A stretch of 64,000 nt of DNA from Octopus vulgaris (taxonomy: Eukaryota), in NCBI GenBank assembly GCA_951406725.2, contig OX597820.1, forward strand, positions 95,852,001-95,916,000, in the 5' to 3' direction. Each line of letters opens with the position of its first letter. Position 1 is the first letter of the stretch. The notes beneath the pieces are model-generated. The model was given only the letters and a program-made list of their open reading frames with translations, searched no databases and was not told the origin of the DNA. The translations under genes and the position numbers were made by a program. Positions 42,686 to 52,348 of the stretch are shown in pieces.

Positions 42686-43385
42686 ATATATCTATGAATA
42701 TGCATGTATTTGCGAATATATGTGTGTATGTAGGTTTGTCTGTGGATTTCTTTGAGCATGGGATATATCAAAACCGGTTCCTTGATTATAACTACTAGAA
42801 TCGTGGTGACTGCCACCTCATTACCCGTCCTTTAGATAAAATAATTACTAAACAAAGTGCTGAAAATCAATCATACAAGCTAAAACCCTTTAAGAGGTTC
42901 CTCAAGATGGCTTGCATTCAGCTGGCAGGAAAAGTAAGAAAATTAAAGAATAGTGAAGTATCGCTCGAGTACGTAAATACGCTTATATTTCTATGTGTAT
43001 TCTGTTAATGTCTGCGTTTACTGTATATGGTTAATGGAAGTTTACAACAAAGCTCCTTTAAATGTTACTTTTAATGACGTATAATTTATCATCTTGAAAT
43101 AGTAAGAAAGACATTTGTGTAAAAGCACATAAACCATCATTGAAGTGCGGTGATATATTTGATATATTACATATAACGACTTTAGAAAGTCTAGTAATGA
43201 ACTTAGTTGTAGGAAATATGTAAAAAAAAAAATCAAATACCGATATAAAATATTTGGAGATTAATAATTGTAACGAATGCCATTGCATTTTCTTTTGTTT
43301 TCTTTTGGGATATTTACTTCACTTAATCAAGAGCAACTACTGAGGCCTATCGATCAACAAAGTATTATATAAATTCTTGTTCAGT

Positions 43386-43417
<32 letters not shown>

Positions 43418-43789
43418 TAAATGTCGAACAATGAGAATGAGTGGTCAATACTGCATTGGTGGATAGAAATTGTTTGTCTATTAAAGCTATCATTGGTTTC
43501 ATGTTCAGAAAGAATATCTTAATATCTTAGCAATTTTTCAAGCCGATCACACACACATATGTACATATACATACATATATGTATGCGAGTATTAAATACA
43601 CACACACACATACACACACATACACACACATACACACACACATACACACATATATATATATATATATTGTTGCTGTTGTTAATCCAAGCAAGAATTAGAA
43701 CAAATGGAGTTGGAAATGTACAGGGAATATATTAGAATCGATTAGAATTCAATTATATTTTAAAATATACTCATCCGCTAGATTTTCTA

Positions 43790-44400
43790 TACGTTGTGAG
43801 TTGGAGTGAACTAACGCTATCTCTAGCGGACGAGTATCCACCACCGAGGATGACCACAAAGAGCTCGAAACCGTAGAGTCTGGTGGTCACGTGGCTGGAA
43901 GTTACAAGGAGTTCACTCCCGGCTTGCAACGTATGTCAGATGAATTTAGCATAGACTAACCAGCTGGAGCAAGCATCCTATTGAGGTTAAAATAGCAGTA
44001 GCGTTGATTCCTACGGAACAGCCATATTTAAGTGGTGATAAACATTACTTCTCTGTATAGTTACTGCTTTAATCTCTCATAGAGATTTTCTAACTAGTTA
44101 ATTTGCTTGTTGCAAGATCGGTGATTGTATGTCTGTAGTTTTTTTTTTTATATTGAGCGAGCTAGATTTAATTAGTGATAACTATAGCGGACGTGTATCC
44201 ACTTCCGAGGATGACCGAAAAGAAATCGAATCTGTATGGTCTGATCGTGCTGGGGCTGGTAGGAAGAAGGTTTTCACTCCACTGCATGCAATATATATCG
44301 GATGCAGATTGCATCGAATAGCCTCCTGGGATTAAAAATAGCAGTAACATCGGTTCCTACGGAACAGCTATGTTTAGGTGGTCATAGGTGATATAATTAA
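43790..44400 (+). repeat. Two diverged ~350-bp tandem units with degenerate hammerheads (43844-43875, 44205-44236)
   Basis: Repeated blocks tagcggacg.gtatccac..ccgaggatgacc and ttaaaatagcagta..ttcctacggaacagc.at.ttta.gtggt. A further unit end lies at 46500-46570. Confidence 0.65.
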
Positions 44401-44699
44401 AAGTCTTATAGATAATTATTGCTTATTCATTTGTCGAAGAATAATGTTAACAATTAATGTTAGTTCATTCCTATTGATCATGTTAAAACATATCTCTTCT
44501 ATGTTGAATATGTGTGGGGTAAGTAAGATGAGGAGGTGTGGAGTAGATGAGACAGAAAATAGGTGCCACGTGAATTTCGGTTTCCTGAATAACGTGTTCA
44601 CGCAAACATTCTACAATAATTAATTCATAGGAAAAGGAGAAATGTGTATTGCTCATATTTCTTATATCCTGTTCAGCAGTTGCTTGCATGTTTTAATGA

Positions 44700-45240
44700 A
44701 TCAACTGGAGCATTGTCTGCATATTTATAGAGCGGAATACAAGAAATTTGTATCTGGATATTCACTAGGTAAAATTTATCCTGTTTTGGGATTACATATT
44801 TGTTGATGATGAATATTTAATGCCATTCTTCAAGAGAGTTTAGTTTGTCCAATGTAGTCTTCTCTGCGTACATTGCATTTAATGGCATATATTACATTTT
44901 TTTGTAGAAAAAGTTAAATTGTTTTATACAGTAAAAACTTGTCCTGATTTAAATTTATATGTAGTGCCCTCCATAAGGTCCTCGTAATTTCTGCGATTGG
45001 CTCGGTCACACATTTTAACTTAGAAGTTAGAAGTTACTCGTTGGCAAATAGTTTTCTTTAGGGGCTTTGGTTGAATTTGATTATTCTCTATGATTCAAGT
45101 GCCTTTTTCCTTGTTGAATCTTGGCTCAACAACAGTTCTGATAGATAATGCTGTATGTCTCTATGTTCCTTGGGCTTTGTGTTTCAATTAAGGATAAAGT
45201 ATGGAGTGTGTCCGAACTGCTTTAGACTTTTCATCTGTTC
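44700..45240 (-). mobile_element. Penelope-like element fragment (linker plus GIY-YIG endonuclease), degenerate
   Basis: Minus frames give ..LMEGTTYKFKSGQVFTV.. and NVIYAIKCNVRREDYIGQTK..HHQQI, the GIY-YIG signature of PLEs, with stops and frameshifts. Confidence 0.75.
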
Positions 45241-45243
45241 TTA

Positions 45244-46495
45244 TACGAGGGAGTACCCAAAAGAAACTGGAATATTTCCTTATGATTTTATTCACTTAAC
45301 TTTATATTTTCATACTTCTACCGCCTTCAACGTATTCTCCATTTGAAGCAGTGCATCGGTCCAGACAACTTTTCCACCGTTCGAAGTGATGCCTTTTAAC
45401 GCCTCTGTCGTTTTTTCTTTACCTCTTCAATATCTGCAAAACGTTTTCCTTTAAGGACTTTTTGCCGCAGGATGAAAGATCGGGTGAATTGGAAAGGGTA
45501 GGTAAGCGGGGTCATTTCATTTTTGATCAAAAACTGTCTCATACACAAGGTGGTATGCGCAGGCGCATTGTCTGCATTTCTGCACTCTGCACTCTCCATT
45601 TCGCCATTGATCGGGGCATTTTCGTCTCACAACATCTCGCAAATGCTTTAGAACTGCCAAGTAAAATGTCTGGTTAACAGTTTGAACAGGAGGAACAAAT
45701 TCTGCGTGGACAATTCCTTTCGCATCGATGAAACAAATCAGCATCGTCTTGTCATTGGACTTCACCTGATGCGCTTTTTGGGACGGTGGTGACATCCAAT
45801 GCTTCCATTAATTTCATTACTGCTTTGTTACCGGGTCGTAGCTGTAGCACCAGCTTTCGTCGCCAGTGATGACCTTCAAAAAAACAGAAAGGCTTGGATC
45901 AACTTCTAACTGTTCTTTCAGTTCATGACACTGTTGTTGATCTTTCGTGAGCGCGAGCGATACAAATCTTACTGCAACTCTTTTCACAATTCCCCTCTCA
46001 AATTTTGTTGGCAGGAGCTTCAGGACACACCAGTAATATCAACAAATTCATTAATTGTTCGGCGAGGATCATCCAAGATCAGTTCATATATTTTTGTGAT
46101 GTTTTCATTCGTTTGAGAAGTTGACGGTTGCCCTGACAGAGGTTGCTCTTCGAAAGCCTCTCGTGAACTTTTTTTCATGAACTTTTTTTCATTGCAATGT
46201 CCTTGTACGCTGTTTGAGACATGAAACTGTTTCTGCTGCTGTTTTCCCAGCTAGAAAACAAAATTTAACGGAAGCGCGCTGTTCCATCGTTTCAGCTACA
46301 GCAAAAATGACGAACAGGGGAGAAGTGCTGCAACACAAAGACGCACCACGTTGCAGTAAGACACCTCCGGAAGACGCCGGTCGGCAAACTGATTCCTGAG
46401 AATCGCATCAAGTGGCTGTTAGCGGTGTAAGCCTGAACTACAACAGGTTTGTCCCACAAAGAACGTTTCCAGTTACTTTTGGGTACGCCCTCGTA
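45244..46495 (-). mobile_element. Mariner (Tc1/mariner) element with both TIRs; transposase pseudogene
   Basis: 29-bp TIRs tacgagggagtacccaaaagaaactggaa / rc tacgagggcgtacccaaaagtaactggaa, with TA on both sides. The transposase starts MEQRASVKFCFLAGKTAAET at 46287 and has KTMLICFIDAKGIVHAEFVP and DNAPAHT motifs, frameshifted. Confidence 0.93.
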
Positions 46496-46591
46496 TAACC
46501 TACCCCATGTTTAGGTTGCAATAAACATTACTTCTCAATATAAATACTACTTTTCTCTCCTTAGAGATTTTCTTCAACGAGCTAGTTTGCC

Positions 46592-46647
<56 letters not shown>

Positions 46648-46689
46648 ATGTGTGTGTATCAAAATAATCAACAGGAAATCAAGAAGCGA

Positions 46690-46775
46690 TGCAGTACATC
46701 CGTTTCAAGCGGCTCAGTTTAATTGAACAATGCAATCATTACAACAGTTTAAATGCAGAACTATCATCAGCTGCA
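46690..46775 (-). ncRNA. Type I hammerhead motif with intact core but poorly paired stem II
   Basis: Minus strand: tgcag-CTGATGA-[57 nt]-GAAAC-ggat-GTA-ctgca. Stem I is tgcag/ctgca; the base of stem II is weak. Confidence 0.6.
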
Positions 46776-46925
46776 GAAATAAATACAATTTTAATCAGTT
46801 GGACACATTAATATAATTTTTTTCTCAAAGACTTTAACAGTGTAAGATGATGGAAGAAATCCATGTTGTCGCTATTGTAGCTTCACCGTAAGTACCTAAT
46901 TCAACTGTATCTACACACACACACG

Positions 46926-46964
<39 letters not shown>

Positions 46965-46966
46965 AT

Positions 46967-47002
<36 letters not shown>

Positions 47003-47110
47003 CAACTGGGCGGCATTTTGAAGTCACTCTCAATACTATTCTTGCTAAAGAGTAATAAATTTGTACTCTACTAGATGTATTTAATAATCCTGAAAACCTT
47101 TATATCTACT

Positions 47111-47141
<31 letters not shown>

Positions 47142-47164
47142 GTTTGAGTGTGTGTGTTACTTTT

Positions 47165-47287
47165 ATCTTTTACCTCTTCCAGTGCTTAGCCGTACTTGGA
47201 CAACATCTTGAACAGCTTTTATTCAAATGAATTATTGTTTTTTAAGCCTGGACCTTATTATATAGATTATTTTGCCGAATCGCTAGG

Positions 47288-47351
<64 letters not shown>

Positions 47352-47516
47352 GTACGACGGGCTTCCGTCAGTTTCCGTCTGCCAAATACACTCACAAGGC
47401 CTCTGTTGGCCCCGAGGTTATAGAAGAAAACGCTTGTCAAAGGGGCCATGCAGTGGGACTGAATCTAGAACCGCGTGACTGGAAAGCAAACTTCTCACAC
47501 TAGCATGCCCTCGCCC
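47165..47516 (-). mobile_element. SINE family B, diverged
   Basis: Reverse-complement block cgacgggcttccgtcagtttccgtctgccaaat. Confidence 0.7.
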
Positions 47517-47688
47517 ATATATATGTGTATACATATATGTGTGTATGTGTGTGCGTGTGCGTGCATGTGCTTTATATTTTAATTGCACTTCCTTTTAGGA
47601 GCTCTGATGAAGCTATGAGGTGATGTACGAGCACTCAGCTCGGAGTGTACTCGCTTATAGCTTTACTTTGTCATTTATGCAATATCAT

Positions 47689-47739
<51 letters not shown>

Positions 47740-47804
47740 GTTGTCTATTGACTTTTTATACATGCTAGGCCACTGGTGGTGATATTTATAACGAGTATTC
47801 GCCA

Positions 47805-47839
<35 letters not shown>

Positions 47840-47991
47840 AAAAGCAATAAAGATTCAAGTTAATTTAAATGAATTTACTTGAATATGGTACCTAACTTAG
47901 ATGCACCAAAAAAAAAAAAACTATACTGTTTTAACAATACAATAATGTGGGGTGATTATAAGCGAGAAAGAAGCAACAAGAATGGATAGGT

Positions 47992-48082
47992 TTTTAGTAC
48001 AATCGTTTCATACAAGGACAGGCTTTATTGAAAGTTGCAAAAATTACAGCATATAAACGTGTCCTGTACTCATCAGCTAAAA
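47992..48082 (-). ncRNA. Type I minimal hammerhead ribozyme motif (mirror copy, sense to the host pre-mRNA)
   Basis: Reverse complement of 48778-48868 within the left arm of the inverted repeat; tcatcag at 48070-48076 with gtttc upstream on the + strand. Confidence 0.85.
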
Positions 48083-48777
48083 TACATGTGAGTTCTCTAG
48101 ACATCCTATTGGTTGAGGCTATACTCATGAAGTAGATAATTAAGTAACATAAACAGATTTCCAAAGTTCATTAAAGTTCTTTAAAGATGATGTACAGTCT
48201 TATCACAGAATTTTAAAAAAGTTTTAACAGCATCAAAGAGAAGGTGACCTAATCCATAGTGCACATATGAATTTCCAGAGATATGAAATAGCTACTGCCT
48301 CTTGTAAATAGCAGTAATGTGATTTTTGTGGCAAATACCTAATCATATAACAAGAATTTATCTCATTGTGTTCAACCATTGATAAATTTATCGCCTGTGA
48401 ATATGAAATCCCTCTTCATTTCTCTGGAAATTTACATCTACACCATTGGAAATTGTGCATCTATACAAAGGATTAATTCACCCTCTCTGTAATGATAATA
48501 AGCAGGAATTGAGACCCACCTCGTTGTGATTAACAATGGATAAATTTGTCGTCTGTGAGTATGTAATCCCTCATCATATCTCTGGAAATTCATATGTGCA
48601 CTATGGATTAGGTCACCTTCTCTGTGATGCTGTTAAAACTTTTTTAAAATTCTGTGATAAGACTGTACATCATCTTTAAAGAACTTTAATGAACTTTGGA
48701 AATCTGTTTATGTTACTTAATTATCTACTTCATGAGTATAGCCCCAACCAATAGGATGTCTAGAGAACTCACATGTA

Positions 48778-48868
48778 TTTTAGCTGATGAGTACAGGACA
48801 CGTTTATATGCTGTAATTTTTGCAACTTTTAATAAAGCCTGTCCTTGTATGAAACGATTGTACTAAAA
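48778..48868 (+). ncRNA. Type I minimal hammerhead ribozyme motif (intact core)
   Basis: ttttag-CTGATGA-gtacaggaca[loop]tgtccttgtat-GAAAC-gatt-GTA-ctaaaa. Stem I is ttttag/ctaaaa, stem II is gtacaggaca/tgtccttgtat, stem III is short AC/GT. Predicted GUA cleavage after 48862. Confidence 0.85.
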
Positions 48869-49547
48869 ACCTATCCATTCTTGTTGCTTCTTTCTCGCGT
48901 ATATATATATATATATATATATATATCACAGTACAATTACATATATGATGTGTTTTAATTTTCTTTTATGTTTGTAAAACTGCAAGACTAACAAATTAGA
49001 ACTATAAAACACTAAACTACTTATTCTGTTCTTATAATCACCAAAGATTCCAATCGTATTCAGATGTTTTAAAGCTATATAAATTCTCCGAATTGCATTT
49101 GAATTAGTTGAAAAAAATAGGACCAATCTACTGATTGAAAATGAATTCGTTAAGTATAATAGGAATTGCCGAAACAAGGATCATTTCAAAATTTACCTGT
49201 TAGAGTTACATTTAAACATGACTTATGAACTCATTGATTAATAAAATTAGAAATAACTTCGACATTTTCAGTTTTGTATTTTCATGTGCATATTTGGTTA
49301 TGTAAGACATAGGGGGATGATATTCCTCTCTCAGGTAGAATTCTACTTTTGATCGGATAAAGTTTATTACTGCTATTTATCTTATCGACTTTTGTAGGAA
49401 AAAGTCAGAAGATGTTCAAAATGGTGAAGTTTCGCAGTTAAATACCGAAACGCATTTATTTCGATGCTCCATTGTCATGATAAGAAGCAACTAACAAATA
49501 AATAAACTACAATAAAAGAAGAAAATATAAAAGTTGTAAAAACTTAC

Positions 49548-49619
49548 AATTCTTTTAGTTTTGGAAGGTTAGCAAATGCATAGTCTGGAAGTTGGTAGAT
49601 GTTGTTTACACTGAGATCT
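49548..49619 (-). CDS. 72-nt LRR coding exon of a host LRR protein, probably an LGR-type (LGR4/5/rickets-like) GPCR ectodomain
   Basis: Minus strand reads ctctcttcttgcag|AGATCTC...GAATT|gtaagt, exactly 72 nt, phase 2/2. It translates (L)DLSVNNIYQLPDYAFANLPKLKE(L), a full LxLxxNxIxxLPxxAFxxLxxLxxL repeat resembling LGR4/5 LDxSMNNIxQL. The family call is from recall, not a search. Confidence 0.88.
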
Positions 49620-50502
49620 CTGCAAGAAGAGAGTGACACAAGATGTAGTGTTAGCTTTGAATCCGATAGTTTGAAAGCAATTTACGTTTCTTTAGAAATG
49701 ATACAGTGTATTGCAGCAGCTGCCGTTAAAGACATCTAAGTGCTAAAAGGTACAAGCATGACAAAATATATTCTGTGTAATAGGAGTAAGAAATCGATTT
49801 TTTAAGCAATATTTAAATCAGAGATTTTCTTTAGCAAATCGATAACTTTCAAAAGCTATGGAAAATAGATCAAGAGCCGACAATATCTAGAGGTGGAACT
49901 GTAAGAAAAAAGCAGTAAATATCAAATTCAATCACATAGTTATTGGCTCAGCATCTTTTATATCACCCCAGATTAATGCTATGAACTACATATAAATAGA
50001 TATCATACAAATTAGTCTGTTAGACAGGTATTACATTTATGTAAGTTTAAAATTATGTAACATTTTAGTATTGATTTCTGTCTTTTATGCTTTAGAAGTA
50101 GAGCTTCTATTTTCCATTTTATATGTAAATCAAGACAACTGCACAAGATAGCGTTGACATTTAACAGCGAAATTCGAATTAATCCAGAGACTTTATTTCG
50201 TAATTATTTTAGAATATATATAGTGATATCAAATAATTAAAGAGATCTTAGCAAAATTAGTATCAACATAATGATTCAATAATGCATGAGAGTGTATAAA
50301 TAAGTAATAACATTTAAGTGATGGGAAAAAAACTCCAACCATATTGATGTAATTGTAAAATCAATCTTGCAGCGAATGAAACAGTAATTGTACGGGAAAA
50401 CTTATTGCGATGATGAAAACGGCAGATGTGTTACTAACACCTATTAAAATTTTGAGTAGAATAAAAATAATTATTATAAATAAATAAATAAATAAATATA
50501 TA

Positions 50503-50897
50503 GAGTGGCTGTGTGGTAAGTAGCTTGCTAACCAACCACATGGTTCCGGGTTCAGTCCCACTGCGTGGCATCTTGGGCAAGTGTCTTCTGCTATAGCCCC
50601 GGGCCGACCAATGCCTTGTGAGTGGATTTGGTAGACGGAAACTGAAAGAAGCCTGTCGTATATATGTATATATATGTATTTGTGTGTTTGTGTGTCTGTG
50701 TTTGTCCCCTTAGCATTGCTTGACAACCGATGCTGGTGTGTTTACGTCCCCGTCACTTAGCGGTTCGGCAAAAGAGACCGATAGAATAAGTACTGGGCTT
50801 ACAAAGAATAAGTCCCAGAGTCGATTTGCTCGACTAAAGGCGGTGCTCCAGCATGGCCGCAGTCAAATTACTGAAACAAGTAAAAGAGTAAAAGAGT
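50503..50897 (+). mobile_element. SINE family B
   Basis: Full-length copy with the A/B-box-like head gagtggctgtgtggtaag..ggttcagtcc. Confidence 0.88.
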
Positions 50898-50917
50898 ATA
50901 TATATATATATATATAT

Positions 50918-51407
50918 ATATAAAACTGTAGTTGTGTGAGTGTCTGTCCCCTTCGATTTAGATTCCTAACTACTCCGATATTTTGCGGTGCAGTTTAACC
51001 AAATTCGGGTATCTTATAGTCGTGATTCATATCGAGCCCGTCTGAGTATTAGCGCGCGTCTACGATGAGTCTACGATTTTAAAAATAATTTAACATCATT
51101 TTTTATTCCATTTTAATGCATAAAATGCATCGTGTGTCGATGGCGGCGGAGTTGGCGTCCATGGTCACACCTGCACCTGTTTGCTTCTCCCCTCCCTCGT
51201 GAAGCTGTGGGGAAGGGAGTGTAAGGAAATCAACGTCGTAAAGCGTTGTCAAGGAGACCAGCGTTCTTTTAGAACAACGACTTGAAGACACCAAAACAGA
51301 AATGGCTAAGAAAGCCCGAATTGGCATCTATAAGGGAAGTAACTCTCTAAAAATGCTTATATAGTTATTTCCCTTACAAACCCGAGCAACGCCGGGCGAT
51401 ACTGCTA

Positions 51408-51408
<1 letters not shown>
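50918..51408 (+). mobile_element. Non-autonomous Helitron
   Basis: 3' GC-rich hairpin cccgagc-aac-gccggg (51381-51396) followed by CTAG at 51405-51408 and then T. The 5' end tatataaaactgtagttgtgtg is buried in (TA)n. Confidence 0.75.
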
Positions 51409-51466
<58 letters not shown>

Positions 51467-51469
51467 ACC

Positions 51470-51711
51470 ACCTTCATCACCTTGACCGACCAGTCCGTCG
51501 GGTGTCCATTTGACACCGCTGGTCACAGCACGCTGTACACTCCTCTCTCATCGACGTGATCCCAATCGGCCTCCTGAAATCGTAACTCCACCGTCGTGGA
51601 GGCCTTCTGAGTGGTCGTTTCCGCTCGCGCGGGTACCACTCGACAACTGCGCGGGTGCACCGATTATCGGCGAGCCGGGCGACGTGTCCAACCCATCTAA
51701 ACTTAAATAAC
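51470..51711 (-). mobile_element. RTE-clade LINE 3' fragment
   Basis: KFRWVGHVARLADNRCTRAVVEWYPRERKRPLRRPPRRW, followed by a short tandem tail aaggtgatgaaggtg. Confidence 0.85.
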
Positions 51712-51717
51712 ATATAA

Positions 51718-51826
<109 letters not shown>

Positions 51827-52094
51827 ATATATATATAATTTTTAATTCCATTAGACATTCTAAAATACTATTAAATTTCATTCAATTTTAAAAAAGGTAA
51901 AATTGGAGAGAACTTATGGGATGACCTGATATATGTACGTGAGTGTGTGTTTGTGTGTGTGTGTAATGTAAATTAAGCGAAGAAATAATACTACATGTAC
52001 TTCGTTGACAATGCTTTTAGGACGTAATTATTAGAACCGGTTAGGTAAGTTATATTTTATCGAAAAGTTATACGATTTTAAGTTACCTGTGTTG

Positions 52095-52189
52095 TATATA
52101 TATATATATGTATATATATATATTTATATATATATATATATATATACATATATATACATATTCATATATATATACATATACACATATGC

Positions 52190-52267
<78 letters not shown>

Positions 52268-52292
52268 TCATATATATAGACATATACACATA

Positions 52293-52334
<42 letters not shown>

Positions 52335-52348
52335 TATATAAATATATA
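52095..52348. repeat. Long imperfect (TA)n
   Basis: Read directly. Confidence 0.95.

Larger units (their letters stand above)
47962..48898. repeat. Long inverted repeat element (325-bp arms, ~287-bp spacer), probable inverted Penelope-type pseudo-LTR pair
   Basis: 47962-48286 is the reverse complement of 48574-48898 with about 3 mismatches by eye. The right end abuts (TA)n. Each arm carries a hammerhead. Confidence 0.92.
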
